Of a DNA stretch of 64,000 bases, positions 38,191 through 48,402 are shown one piece after another. The translations under genes and the position numbers were made by a program. Source of the DNA: Polyangiales bacterium (GTDB taxonomy: Bacteria > Myxococcota_A > Polyangia > Polyangiales > Houyiibacteriaceae); contig JBGCFM010000001.1 of NCBI GenBank assembly GCA_045106895.1, forward strand, positions 43,264-107,263, read 5' to 3'. The notes under the pieces were generated by a model, which worked only from the letters and a program-made list of their open reading frames with translations, searched no databases and was not told the origin of the DNA. The first letter of the stretch is position 1; each line of letters opens with the position of its first letter.

Positions 38191-38640
38191 TCAGGCTTCG
38201 AGCTGGCTTTTTAGCTGCAAGAGTTCTGGATGGTCGGGTTGGTGCTGCAGCGCCAGCTGAAGGTGTAGCTTGGCTTGCCCCTTCTTGCCCGCTTCGAGGG
38301 CCTCTTGGGCTTTGAGAAAGAACGGCCGAGCCCGCTTGTTGACGGGCTGTACGCGCTGGCGTTTCTGCACAAGGGACTCGTCTGGGCGAAGCCGAAGACT
38401 TCCCCGGGCCAGGGCCGTGTCGTACTCGGCGCGCTGTTTGGGATCCCTCAGCACACGATACGCTTCGGTCCCGCGGCGGAAGATCTTGGTGGCTCGCTGG
38501 ACTTTCGCCGGCGTCGAATGATTGTCCGGGTGAAACTTCAGAGCGAACGTATGGAAGGCCACACGGATGTCATCGGCGCTGGCCTTCATGCCAACGCCAA
38601 GAAGCGTGTAGTAGTCCAAAAGGTCGAGGCGGTCGGCCAC
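38191..38640 (-). CDS. Small J-domain protein with C-terminal TPR-like helices
   Basis: DYYTLLGV, KFHPD, EAYRVL.DP..RAEYD. Confidence 0.9.
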   Translation of the reverse strand: MADRLDLLDYYTLLGVGMKASADDIRVAFHTFALKFHPDNHSTPAKVQRATKIFRRGTEAYRVLRDPKQRAEYDTALARGSLRLRPDESLVQKRQRVQPVNKRARPFFLKAQEALEAGKKGQAKLHLQLALQHQPDHPELLQLKSQLEA

Positions 38641-38682
38641 CTGGGAACAATACCACCGATTGGGTGAGATTGGAGCGAGGGA

Positions 38683-40752
38683 TCAGGACTCGCGGTAGGC
38701 CGCCTCGAGGCGGTCCCCCATTCGCTCCGTTTCCCCTTCGTCGATGCCGCCGACGAGCTGAATGCTCGCCTGTTGCTCCTCGCCGGTGGTCTCGTCGACG
38801 GCGCGAACGGCCAGAGTGCCATTCGCGTCGAGAAGAAAGCTCACTTCGATGGGACGCGGGCGCGCTGTGACGCCACTAAGCGTCAGCGTAACTTCGCCGA
38901 GGAGCTGGTTTTCCTCCAGTCGCCGCGATTCGCCCTGGCAGATTCGCAGCACGACTTCTTGCTGGTCGCCACGTCCCGTCGCAAAGGCCCGGCCTTGCTC
39001 CGTCGGAATCGCGGCATTTCGCGCGATGACCGTTTCGCAGTAGCCGCCAACGGTCTCAACGCCGAGGGAGAGTGGCGTGACGTCCACCAGAAGGGGCGGC
39101 CGGACATCCTCTACGTGACCGAAGAGCTCTGGGAGAGGCTCCGCGTCGGGCTCCTCCATGAGCGAAAGATCGTCGTCGAAATCGAGGCTGGCGCTGTCAA
39201 ACTCCGGCTCGCCGCCTTCGAAGGAGAACTCGGAGGGGTCGAGCAACGGTGCATCGATGACGACGGGGGCCTGGACCAACACCGGGGGGAGCCCAGGGTT
39301 CTGCTCACTCGGCACGGGCATACGAAGCTCCGCCGGCGCGGGCGGCACAGCTGGCGGCGCAGCCGCGGCGGACGCGCCTGGAGGACGCACCGTTGCACCT
39401 GGAGGCGCGTGCGTAGGTCTGGGTGGGCTCTCCGTCGCCGACGCGGCAGTGGCGAAGTCGAAATCGTTGTCGCTGCCGCCGAGGGTGAGGCCGGTGATAT
39501 CGACATGTTTCGCGCCGGAGACTTCTTTGGCAGCCAACAGAGATGGCTTCGCGGCGCGACGCAAAGCGACTCGACCGATGCGGCCCTTGGCCCTGGATGT
39601 CGCGAGACTGCGCGCCTGAATCGCAGCGCCTTGAGCGACGACGAGGTCCGGGTCGATGTTCGCGAGTGGTTCTCGGCCGAAGTACTCCGCGACCATGCGC
39701 CGAACGAGGGGCATTCGGGTGGAGCCCCCGACGAGGATGACGCGGTCGATCTGAGAAGGCCTGACGCCGGCGATACGAAGCGCCTCTTCGCACACGTCGA
39801 AGGCCCGAGCGAGCAAAGGCATCGCCATCGCCTCCAGGGCCTTCGCGCTGAGTTTGTAGCCGAGGTTGAGCGGTACGCCTCCGACGCCGTAGGCGAGTTC
39901 ATCCACATGGACGACGACCTCTTGTTGGACGCTTAGCTGGCACTTCGCCCACTCCGCAGCGGCGCGGAGACGCTCGTAAGATGCGCCGTCACTTCGCATG
40001 TCGACGCGATGCTCGACGAGGAAGGCCTCCGCCATCTGCTCGGCGATGAGGTTGTCGATGTCGTCTCCACCGAGGTACGTGTCACCAGCGGTCGCTTGAA
40101 CTTCGAAGATCTCACCAGCGAGCTCCAACACGGTGACGTCGAAGGTGCCGCCGCCGAGATCGAAGACCGCGACGCGTTCACGGACGCCGTGCCCGTAGCC
40201 GTACGCCAGCGCTGCCGCCGTGGGCTCGTTGAGGATTCGAATGACCTCGAGGCCAGCGACGCGCCCTGCAGCCTTTGTTGCAGAGCGCTGAAGCTCGTTG
40301 AAATTGGCGGGGACGGTGACGACTGCGCGCGTGCAGCGCTGACCCAGCGCCTTTTCCGCGACGGCGCGTACTTCACGAAGAACGAAGGCGCTGATCTCCG
40401 AGAGCGTGTACGTCTCTTTGCGCGCTTTGACGAGGACGCCGCCAGAAGGGCTCGGAACGAACTCAAACGCGAAGCGACTCTGCGCTCTGCGGACCTCGTC
40501 AGACTCGAAGGGCCGGCCGATGAGGCGCTTGACGGAGTATACGGTGTTCGCCGCGTCGAGGAGCCGACGTTCGCGGGCGGTGGCACCGACGAGAACAGTG
40601 CCATCCGGGTGAAAGGTAACCGTCGACGAGATCAGCGTATCGCCATCTTGTGTCTTCAGTACCCGCACAGACTCATCATCGGCGACGGCGACAACCGAGT
40701 TGGTTGTGCCGAGGTCGATGCCAAGAACTAACTCGTCGCTGGACCCCCCCAT
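38683..40752 (-). CDS. Hsp70/DnaK-family protein (atypical)
   Basis: GIDLGTTNS, TVPANF, NEPTAAA, DLGGGTFD, VGGSTRMP, DVTPLSLG. Confidence 0.95.
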   Translation of the reverse strand: MGGSSDELVLGIDLGTTNSVVAVADDESVRVLKTQDGDTLISSTVTFHPDGTVLVGATARERRLLDAANTVYSVKRLIGRPFESDEVRRAQSRFAFEFVPSPSGGVLVKARKETYTLSEISAFVLREVRAVAEKALGQRCTRAVVTVPANFNELQRSATKAAGRVAGLEVIRILNEPTAAALAYGYGHGVRERVAVFDLGGGTFDVTVLELAGEIFEVQATAGDTYLGGDDIDNLIAEQMAEAFLVEHRVDMRSDGASYERLRAAAEWAKCQLSVQQEVVVHVDELAYGVGGVPLNLGYKLSAKALEAMAMPLLARAFDVCEEALRIAGVRPSQIDRVILVGGSTRMPLVRRMVAEYFGREPLANIDPDLVVAQGAAIQARSLATSRAKGRIGRVALRRAAKPSLLAAKEVSGAKHVDITGLTLGGSDNDFDFATAASATESPPRPTHAPPGATVRPPGASAAAAPPAVPPAPAELRMPVPSEQNPGLPPVLVQAPVVIDAPLLDPSEFSFEGGEPEFDSASLDFDDDLSLMEEPDAEPLPELFGHVEDVRPPLLVDVTPLSLGVETVGGYCETVIARNAAIPTEQGRAFATGRGDQQEVVLRICQGESRRLEENQLLGEVTLTLSGVTARPRPIEVSFLLDANGTLAVRAVDETTGEEQQASIQLVGGIDEGETERMGDRLEAAYRES

Positions 40753-40758
40753 GCGCGC

Positions 40759-43452
40759 TTACTCTTCCGAGTCCGCCCGAGGAGTGCCTGGGGAATCCGG
40801 CGCGTCGGTCGTCGACGCCTCCGTGCTCTCCGCGCCGTCCGAGGCGGCTTCCGCGCCCTCGGCCTCTCCGTCGACCTCAACCTCTTCCTCCTCGCGAGGA
40901 ACCGGCTCGATGTCGACGACCTTTTCACCCTTCGACAGACGAATGATGATGACGCCCTGAGTGTTGCGTCCCGTCTCACGAATCTCTGAGATACGTGTTC
41001 GAATGACCTGCCCGCCATCCGTGATGACCATCAAGCCATCCTCAGGGTCGACGAGGCGCAGTCGAACGAGCTCGCCGTTACGTTCTGACGTCTGAATGGC
41101 GACGATGCCCATACCGCCACGCTTTTGAATCTTGAACGACTTATCGCTCGTCATCTCGCCTTCGCTGTTGAGCGTGAGGAGCGGGGTTCGTTTGCCGTAG
41201 CCGTTGGCGCTAATGGACAGCACCTGCTGGCGCGTCTCATCTTCGACGATGTCCATGCCAACAACGCGGTCTCCCTTGCGCAGCGCGACACCCTTCACGC
41301 CCATGCTGCCTCGGCCCATGGCGCGGGCATCGGTGACGGCGAAACGAATGCTCATGCCTTGAGCCGTGCCCAAGATAACGGTCTGGTCGTCCGTCGCGAT
41401 TCGCGCCGTGAGCAGCTCGTCATCCTCGGCGATGCCGACGCCGATGATACCCGTCTGTCGGATCTTCTCGTAGGCGCTGAGCACGCTTCGTTTGATGCGG
41501 CCGCCAACGGTGCAGGTGATGACCGAGGCTTCGTCCGTGAACTCGCGAATCGGAACGATGGCCGCGACGCGGTCTCCGTCGCCGAGACCCACGAAGTTGA
41601 TCAGCGCGCGCCCTGCGGAGCTTCGTCCCTTCTCCGGAATCTCATAGACCCGTTTCAGGAACGCCTGGCCCTTCGCGGTAAGGAAGAGCAAGTGGGCATG
41701 GGCATTCACCGCAAACACCCACTGGGCAAAGTCCTCATCGCCCGTGTTCATCCCGCGCGTGCCTTTGCCTCCACGGGATTGAGCGCGGTACTCCGTAAGA
41801 GGAACGCGCTTGATGTAGCCCTTACGGCTCACGGTCACGACGACCTCCTCGTCCGCGACGAGGTCCTCCATCGAGATATCACCGAGGGCGTCCACAATCT
41901 CCGTGCGGCGCTGGTCGCCGTACTTCTCGCGGATCTCTTCGAGCTCTTCCCGAATGACCTCCATGAGTCGCTCGTCGTTGCCGAGGATGAAGCGTAGTTC
42001 GGCGATGAGATCGGAGAGCTTGCCGAACTCAGCCGCCAACTTCTCTCGCTCAAGACCCGTGAGACGCGACAGGCGCATCTCGAGGATGGCCTTCGCCTGT
42101 CGCTCCGTGAGCCGGTAATCGCCCTTCGCCGCGGCGAGTTCGATCTCGGACTCCGGACGGCCTGCACGGCGCACGAACTCTTCAAGGCCCTTGATGCGAA
42201 GCTGCATCAAGCGATTACGCGCCTCTTCCGGGTCCTTCGAATCGCGGATGGTCTGAACGACAAGGTCGACCTCCGTGACCGCCATGCCGAGACCTTCGAC
42301 AAGCTCGAGCTGAGCCAACGCCTGACGCAGGTCGTAGCGCGTACGGCGCGTGACGACTTCGCGTCGATGCTCAATGAAGTGGACGAGGGCGTCCTTGAGG
42401 TTGAGCAGCTTCGGCCGCTGACCGACGATGGCGAGACAGTTCACGCCGAAGGTCGATTGAAGCGCCGTCATTCGGTAGAGCGTGTTGAGCACGATCTCGC
42501 CGTGCGCGTCGCGCTTGAGCTCGATGACCATGCGCATGCCGTCGCGGTCGGACTCGTCGCGCAAATGGCTGATGCCTTCGATGCGCTTGTCGCGAACGAG
42601 GTCGGCAATCTTCTTGAGCAGATCCGCCTTGTTCACCTGGTACGGAAGCTCCGTGACGATGATGTGCTCGCGGCCCTTGCCCGTCGGCATCTCTTCGACC
42701 TTGGCGCGGGCGCGCATAACGACGCGACCTCGTCCCGTTCGAAGTGCCTGAACGACGCCGGCTCGACCGTAGATGAAGCCGGCGGTCGGGAAGTCCGGGC
42801 CCTTCACGCCAAGTCGGTCGCCATCGTCCTTCATCAGGTCGTCGACGGTCAGTTCGGAGTTTTCGATGAGGCGAAGTGTCGCATCGACGACCTCGCGAAG
42901 ATTGTGCGGCGCTACGTTCGTCGCCATACCGACGGCGATACCGCCGGAGCCGTTGACGAGAAGGTTGGGATAACGCGCTGGAAGAACGAGAGGCTCTCGC
43001 TCGGAGTCATCAAAGTTGGGACCGAAGTCGACGGTCTCCTTTTCGATGTCCGCCATCAGCTCGGAGGCGAGCTTCGACATTCGAACTTCCGTGTAACGCA
43101 TGGCAGCCGCGGGGTCGCCGTCAACGCTGCCGAAGTTCCCCTGACCGTCGATGAGCGGGGCGCGCATCGAGAAGTCCTGCGCCATGCGCACGAGGGCGTC
43201 ATAGACGGCGCTGTCGCCGTGGGGGTGATACTTGCCCAAGACGTCGCCGACGATGCGGGCGGACTTCTTGTAGGAGCCCGAGGCCGTCACCTTCTGGTCA
43301 TGCATCGAGTACAGGATTCGACGGTGGACGGGTTTGAGGCCGTCACGGGCGTCGGGGATGGCGCGCCCGATGATGACGCTCATCGCATAGTCGAGGTACG
43401 ACTTGCGCATCTCGTCTTCGATGGTCACGGGCAACGTATTTGGTTCAGCCAT
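40759..43452 (-). CDS. gyrA: DNA gyrase subunit A
   Basis: [33 protein letters not shown], GyrA-box QSRGGKG. Confidence 0.99.
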   Translation of the reverse strand: MAEPNTLPVTIEDEMRKSYLDYAMSVIIGRAIPDARDGLKPVHRRILYSMHDQKVTASGSYKKSARIVGDVLGKYHPHGDSAVYDALVRMAQDFSMRAPLIDGQGNFGSVDGDPAAAMRYTEVRMSKLASELMADIEKETVDFGPNFDDSEREPLVLPARYPNLLVNGSGGIAVGMATNVAPHNLREVVDATLRLIENSELTVDDLMKDDGDRLGVKGPDFPTAGFIYGRAGVVQALRTGRGRVVMRARAKVEEMPTGKGREHIIVTELPYQVNKADLLKKIADLVRDKRIEGISHLRDESDRDGMRMVIELKRDAHGEIVLNTLYRMTALQSTFGVNCLAIVGQRPKLLNLKDALVHFIEHRREVVTRRTRYDLRQALAQLELVEGLGMAVTEVDLVVQTIRDSKDPEEARNRLMQLRIKGLEEFVRRAGRPESEIELAAAKGDYRLTERQAKAILEMRLSRLTGLEREKLAAEFGKLSDLIAELRFILGNDERLMEVIREELEEIREKYGDQRRTEIVDALGDISMEDLVADEEVVVTVSRKGYIKRVPLTEYRAQSRGGKGTRGMNTGDEDFAQWVFAVNAHAHLLFLTAKGQAFLKRVYEIPEKGRSSAGRALINFVGLGDGDRVAAIVPIREFTDEASVITCTVGGRIKRSVLSAYEKIRQTGIIGVGIAEDDELLTARIATDDQTVILGTAQGMSIRFAVTDARAMGRGSMGVKGVALRKGDRVVGMDIVEDETRQQVLSISANGYGKRTPLLTLNSEGEMTSDKSFKIQKRGGMGIVAIQTSERNGELVRLRLVDPEDGLMVITDGGQVIRTRISEIRETGRNTQGVIIIRLSKGEKVVDIEPVPREEEEVEVDGEAEGAEAASDGAESTEASTTDAPDSPGTPRADSEE

Positions 43453-43635
43453 AAGGCGGGGACATTACCACTCCGCGCACGCGCGCGCACCCGCGCGCTT
43501 AAGTAAAGTACGGGTGATTTCAGAGGGCTCCAACGCGGCACCGCTCCAGCCTTCCAAGGCGCGCCAATGTGACACAATTGCCACCATCGTTGTCACCTAG
43601 CTTTGCCCAATTTACGGTATTTGGACGGATTTCGT

Positions 43636-43651
43636 CGGCCCGCGTCTTGCA
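43636..43651 (+). promoter_or_regulatory. Putative sigma54 (-24/-12) promoter
   Basis: CGGCCC-N5-TTGCA (GG-N10-GC) about 50 bp before ATG 43704; dyad GTGACA..TGCCAC..TGTCAC upstream at 43569-43596. Confidence 0.5.
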
Positions 43652-43703
43652 GCTTGGTCCTCTGGGCACCGAATCCATCAGAAGCCCCGCTAGAGCCATC
43701 AAC

Positions 43704-44063
43704 ATGCAGCACCCTACCCTCACACCGATTTCGTTCCTTGCGGCGATCGTTATCGCCCTCGTGGCCGTCCTTCCTGGGTGCACTGCAGGCTCTTCCCCGA
43801 CCCTTCCTATCCCGCCGCCCTTGGCCGTCTCTTCATCGCCAGACGCAGATGGCATCATCACCATCCGCGGCGAAGGAGCTCTCGCGGGCGCCCTTATCGC
43901 GGCTTACAACGAGGAAATCGGCGCCGGCGTCATCGGTCAAGCCGAAGCCGACGGGAGCTTTGAGCTTCAGCTCATGGGCTCGCCCGGCGACAGCGTCACC
44001 GTCTGGCAACGTGTTGGCACCGAAACCAGCGGCTTGTTGAGCGTCATCGTTCCGGAGCCGTAG
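43704..44063 (+). CDS. Small lipoprotein with Ig-like beta domain
   Basis: Lipobox LPGC; Pro-rich linker; ITIRG..A..GA.I...N...AEADGSF.L.L....GD.V.V.Q. Confidence 0.7.
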   Translation: MQHPTLTPISFLAAIVIALVAVLPGCTAGSSPTLPIPPPLAVSSSPDADGIITIRGEGALAGALIAAYNEEIGAGVIGQAEADGSFELQLMGSPGDSVTVWQRVGTETSGLLSVIVPEP

Positions 44064-44070
44064 CGCCGCG

Positions 44071-44658
44071 TCACGATTGGGTGTTGGGCACTCCACCGAG
44101 GAAGGTGTCCACGACGAGCTCGGGTAGGCGATGCCAGCCGGGGAACGCCCCTTCGCTTCGAAACTGCTCGATGTAGAGAACGCTGAGCTGCGCCAAGAAC
44201 AGGCGTGTTTGCTCTCGCATGGGGCGGGAGGAATCCGCGCCCGCGAGGATAGACGCGACCTCGGCGGCAAAGCTGCGCATGCTCTCGTCGATGAGACGCT
44301 GAGTCTCGACGCGTCCTGAAACAAGCTCGCGTAGCACCACGCGAAAAAAGGCCTCGTGAGCGCGGACCACTTCCACATCGGCTGTGACGAGCGCGACGAG
44401 CTGTGCGCGAACGCCGTCGGTCGCCGGACGGCCCCGGTAGAGCTTCAGTGTCTCGTCGCCGCCCGCGCGAAGCACCTCCGCGAGAAGCGCCGCCTTGGAC
44501 GGGAAGTAGTTGTAGACGGTGCCTTTGGCGAAGCCTGCGCCGAGGGAAATCCGGTTGATGCTGGCGCCCTCAAAGCCCTCTCTCGCGAAATGCTCGGCGG
44601 CCGTTTGCAGAAGCGCGACGCGCACCCGCGCTTTGTCTGCCGTGGAGATCCGAGCCAT
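44071..44658 (-). CDS. TetR/AcrR-family transcriptional regulator
   Basis: AAEHFAREGFEGASINRIS..AG.AKGTVYNYFPSK. Confidence 0.95.
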   Translation of the reverse strand: MARISTADKARVRVALLQTAAEHFAREGFEGASINRISLGAGFAKGTVYNYFPSKAALLAEVLRAGGDETLKLYRGRPATDGVRAQLVALVTADVEVVRAHEAFFRVVLRELVSGRVETQRLIDESMRSFAAEVASILAGADSSRPMREQTRLFLAQLSVLYIEQFRSEGAFPGWHRLPELVVDTFLGGVPNTQS

Positions 44659-45482
44659 CAGGCGGTGACGAACGCGAGGAGTGCGGCGGCGAGTTCGTCC
44701 GGGATGTCTTCTTGAATAAAGTGCCCCGCGGGCAGAGCCCTAAGCGTCGAGTTTGGCCACGACGCATGAAGCCGCTGCATCGTCTTCGCTACGTCCGGGA
44801 GGATGCGATCCTTGTGGCCGTACACGAGGGCGCAGGGTTTGTCGTCGAGGTTCGACAGACCGGCTGCGATTCGCTTAAACCCGCTAAGACTTAGCTCCAT
44901 GCCGCTTCGCCGGAGGAGCCGCTGTCGCTCGAGAGAGTGATACGGCGCGCTGTAAAGGCGCGCGACCTCGTCGGTGATCCGGGACTTGTTTTGCACCCCC
45001 AAACGAATGGCCGCGGCGACGCCTTTCGGGCGCGTGAGTAGGCGATGCGTCAGGGGAAATTTCAGCGCCGCCGCAAAGAGCGCCACCGCCCACGAGAAGT
45101 TTGGGTAGGCGAGCGTATTCAGAACGACGAGTTCGCGAATACGAGAAGGATTGTGCACGGCCCAGTGCAGTCCAATGGGACCCCCGAGATCGTGAACCAT
45201 GAGACCGACCTCTTCGACGCCGAGGGCGTCGACGAGATCCGTCAGAAAGCCGTCGAGAAAGCGAAACGAGTAGCGGCCCGGCGCGCCATCGCTCTTGCCG
45301 AAACCCGGCAGGTCGACGGCGACGACGTGGCGGTGGGGTGCCAAGACCGGCAGCAAGTGTCGGTAGAGTTCCGCGTTCGTCGGCCAGCCGTGGAGGCAGA
45401 GAAGCGTTGGAAGCGAGGGGTCCCCCTCTTGGAGAGTGTGAACGGAGAGGGAACCAACCTGAAGTTCAACGGATTCTCGCAT
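44658..45482 (-). CDS. Alpha/beta hydrolase, haloalkane dehalogenase/epoxide hydrolase-like
   Basis: LHGWPT, DLPGFGKS, VHDLGG (Asp nucleophile), AGHFIQED. Confidence 0.85.
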   Translation of the reverse strand: MRESVELQVGSLSVHTLQEGDPSLPTLLCLHGWPTNAELYRHLLPVLAPHRHVVAVDLPGFGKSDGAPGRYSFRFLDGFLTDLVDALGVEEVGLMVHDLGGPIGLHWAVHNPSRIRELVVLNTLAYPNFSWAVALFAAALKFPLTHRLLTRPKGVAAAIRLGVQNKSRITDEVARLYSAPYHSLERQRLLRRSGMELSLSGFKRIAAGLSNLDDKPCALVYGHKDRILPDVAKTMQRLHASWPNSTLRALPAGHFIQEDIPDELAAALLAFVTA

Positions 45483-45649
45483 GAACGCATTATGGGCGAT
45501 CGCCCACAATAGTCAAAGACCACAAAAACGCTTCAATTTCGTCACACGCACACGTGGCAGCAAATCATACACGTAAGATTTTTGACTACATGTGCGCGCC
45601 TTGCCTACATGGTGTTCATGGCGTCTCCAATGACGCTCGGAGGACGCGG

Positions 45650-46480
45650 ATGGACATGGCAATGCGAGATCTCGAACAGATTCAGGAACAGCGCGGATCG
45701 GACGAAAGCGGGCTCCGGCGTGTGGGCGTCTTTGTCATGGCTGCGGGCACGACCCTGGCGCTCGTGTACGGCGTTGGCGCGTTGATGAGCGAGCGACCTG
45801 TGGGCCCGGGCGCCAGCGACCCCCTCGCCGCCCTCGGCGCGACGGCGCCCATCATGGACGCCGTGGATGCCGCTGAGGAAAACGAGCGCGAGCGTGTTCG
45901 TCCCGAGGACCTGAGCTTTCACGAGAATCTCATCGGTGACGAACGGCCCGAAGTTGAAGCCGCCATCCGCGCCGCCGGCGCCGAGCACGCAGCCCTTGGA
46001 CACGTGACCCCGCCAGTCCCTCCAAGTCGCGGCACGCTCATGGGTGCCGAGACCTTCGCAGCACCCCCCGTCGCCCTCCCCGTCGCAGATGTCGCCACCG
46101 GCGCCGCGGCGACGCTCGTCGACACGGCACGCCATGACCCCCTCGTCGCCGCCGCCGTCGTCGCCGTCGACCCACCCGCGGAAGATGCCGAGGAAGCGGA
46201 AGAAGGCCAGGACGGACAGTACACGCTCCAGGTCGCCAGCTTCCGCCTGGAGGATGAAGCGGATGTCTTCGCCCGCGCCCTTCGAGACCGAGGCCACAAT
46301 AGCTTTGTCGTTCGTGCGGAGATCGAAGGCCGCGGCGTGTTTCACCGCGTCCGCGTCGGCCCCTTCGAGTCCCCCGGCGCCGCGAGCCGCTACCGCCGCA
46401 CCTTCGAGCACGAAGAGCGCATGGACGCCTACGTCGTGCGCAACCGCGACTTCGGGCGTGAAGACGACTCCTCGACCTGA
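45650..46480 (+). CDS. SPOR domain protein (FtsN/DedD-like)
   Basis: N-terminal TM; YTLQVASF...A...L...G....HRVRVGPF; GGAGG SD before ATG 45650. Confidence 0.9.
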   Translation: MDMAMRDLEQIQEQRGSDESGLRRVGVFVMAAGTTLALVYGVGALMSERPVGPGASDPLAALGATAPIMDAVDAAEENERERVRPEDLSFHENLIGDERPEVEAAIRAAGAEHAALGHVTPPVPPSRGTLMGAETFAAPPVALPVADVATGAAATLVDTARHDPLVAAAVVAVDPPAEDAEEAEEGQDGQYTLQVASFRLEDEADVFARALRDRGHNSFVVRAEIEGRGVFHRVRVGPFESPGAASRYRRTFEHEERMDAYVVRNRDFGREDDSST

Positions 46481-46492
46481 GCTCTTTTCTTT

Positions 46493-47488
46493 GTGACTTA
46501 CACGGCTGAAGAGCGCGTTTTCCTGCGCGCGATGCTCGCCCTTCCCGCCGCGGATGAACCGCGTCTTCGATACGCCGCCTGGCTCGCTGAACGCGGCGAG
46601 ACACTCCGAGCTAGCGTCCTTCGAGAAACGCGCGCGCAGCGAGTGAGCCCGCACCTCGACAGCCTCCTCGCCGAGTTGACGCAGGAGCACTTCGGCTGGA
46701 GTCGACTCGTTGGAGCCCAGCTTGTGTCCCGAGCGCAGGCGCTCGACGTCGCGGACCTCGCCCGAAGTTGGCTGGCATTGGCCAAGCCAGCACTCGAACT
46801 GACCACAACAGCGCCTTGCGACTCGGTCGTCGGAGCGTCTCGCTTGTGGGGAGACCCTGACCTCCCACCGAATGCACCATGGCCCACGCTCGCGGATTGT
46901 CGGCAATGGGAACCCGAGATCGAACTTCCTCTTGAAAGCCCATGCCGATTCGTCGGGCAAATCAACTTCGAGGAGCTATCGACACTTGAAGCCGCCCACG
47001 CGCTACCACGTTCAGGTCTTCTATCCGTGTTCGCCCACTCGGAATGGGAGGCAACCGGCAGCTCGAGCGTCTGTCTTCGCTACTACATGGACACGACACA
47101 CCTGGAGCGCACGACTCACGTCGCGACCGACGAGGACAACTGCAGGCTCGAAGCTCGCGGGCTCGCTTTCTTGGAAGCGCTCACCATCCCGGAGTGCTCG
47201 GGCCCCTTCGCCGATCGAATGGGCGTAGCTTCCGACGACTGGGATGCGCTGGACAAACACCATGAGGTCCGCTCCGCGACGGGCGGCGACCTTCATGGAA
47301 TGCTGGGTCACCACCAAGCGACGTCGGGAGGCGACCCAACGCCCGGCGTGGACTGGGAGCGACTTATCACGCTGCCCATCGACCAGGGCCCAGGCGTGAC
47401 CCATCACTTGTCCATGAGGGAAGACTCACTCCGGACCTGGAGGCTCGAAGAGCACAAACTCGTGTGGGTTGACTTCGATGGCCCCTAG
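46493..47488 (+). CDS. TIGR02996-like N-terminal domain plus DUF1963/YwqG-like domain
   Basis: FLRAMLA.P..DEPRL.YA.WL.ERG; SRLWGDPDLP....WP, FVGQINF.EL...LP.SGLL.VF. Confidence 0.75.
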   Translation: MTYTAEERVFLRAMLALPAADEPRLRYAAWLAERGETLRASVLRETRAQRVSPHLDSLLAELTQEHFGWSRLVGAQLVSRAQALDVADLARSWLALAKPALELTTTAPCDSVVGASRLWGDPDLPPNAPWPTLADCRQWEPEIELPLESPCRFVGQINFEELSTLEAAHALPRSGLLSVFAHSEWEATGSSSVCLRYYMDTTHLERTTHVATDEDNCRLEARGLAFLEALTIPECSGPFADRMGVASDDWDALDKHHEVRSATGGDLHGMLGHHQATSGGDPTPGVDWERLITLPIDQGPGVTHHLSMREDSLRTWRLEEHKLVWVDFDGP

Positions 47489-47509
47489 GCGCGGAACTCT
47501 AAAACGAGT

Positions 47510-48310
47510 CTAGCCCGTCCACTGCCACGGAGCGCCCGGCACAATCTCCAAATGCAGGTGGTTCTGGTGCGCGTCGTTGTGGTGCGGCGAAACGACGACT
47601 TGGAAGAGCTCGCCGGCAATGGCGGCGCACACCGCCGCTCGTATCTCTGCGGACGCTTCGCTTTCGTCTTTCGGTGCACACATATTCGCACCGCGCTCTC
47701 GGTCGTCCCAGTCTTCGAGGATGTCGAAGGTGCGTCCATCATCGAAGATGAAGAAACGTGGATCGAAGGCGAGCGCGCGGGCGTGGCCGCTTGGGCGCCC
47801 CGTCGTCTGCACGCGCGCGTTTGGCCGGAGTGCTGAGAGGTGTCGGATGCTGCGAACGCCGAGGGCTCGGAGACGCGGGGCCCAGGCGTGAATCGCCAGG
47901 AGCAAACGGCAGTCCATAATGCTGGAGAGCCGTCGCCCGCGAAATTCGATGGAGACGCCCGCGATGGGCCCCGTGGGAATCACCGCCGCCTCCACCGCCG
48001 CGTGCGTCGTGAACTCGACGGGGAGGCCTAGCTCCCGCACGCGTGCCGTGCACTCCGCCGGCTCCATCGTCGCGATGCCGCGTCCGCCTTCCGGCTCCGG
48101 GAGTGGCGCTCGGGTTTGCGCCGCGGGGGCGGTCTCGACCTCTGAGGGTTCTTCGTGGGCGAAGTTCGCGGCTTCAACGCGCTGAGCGGGCGTTCGCCGT
48201 GGAGGCCGTCTCTGCGCATCCGCGGCGCAGGCGAGAAAGGAGAGGACCGCGGCGGATGTAATGAAACACGCTGCAAGAGTCCCTCGAATGTGCTTGGTCG
48301 AGCTGGTCAT
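47510..48310 (-). CDS. Extensin-like family secreted protein (peptidase M15-like Zn motifs)
   Basis: Signal peptide; MDC.L; SGHARALAFD; HNDAHQNHLHLE. Confidence 0.75.
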   Translation of the reverse strand: MTSSTKHIRGTLAACFITSAAVLSFLACAADAQRRPPRRTPAQRVEAANFAHEEPSEVETAPAAQTRAPLPEPEGGRGIATMEPAECTARVRELGLPVEFTTHAAVEAAVIPTGPIAGVSIEFRGRRLSSIMDCRLLLAIHAWAPRLRALGVRSIRHLSALRPNARVQTTGRPSGHARALAFDPRFFIFDDGRTFDILEDWDDRERGANMCAPKDESEASAEIRAAVCAAIAGELFQVVVSPHHNDAHQNHLHLEIVPGAPWQWTG

Positions 48311-48402
48311 GGACACCGGAGTTGGACGCGAAAGAAACGAATCGATTCGATCCCACCGAAAGTCGGCGAAAGTCGCGCACGGGCAGGCTATCATCGCCTC
48401 CA

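Noticed and set aside
45510..45588. tagtcaaa / tttgacta inverted pair as TetR operator
   Set aside because: Only 8 bp with arms about 60 bp apart; not a typical operator and could be chance
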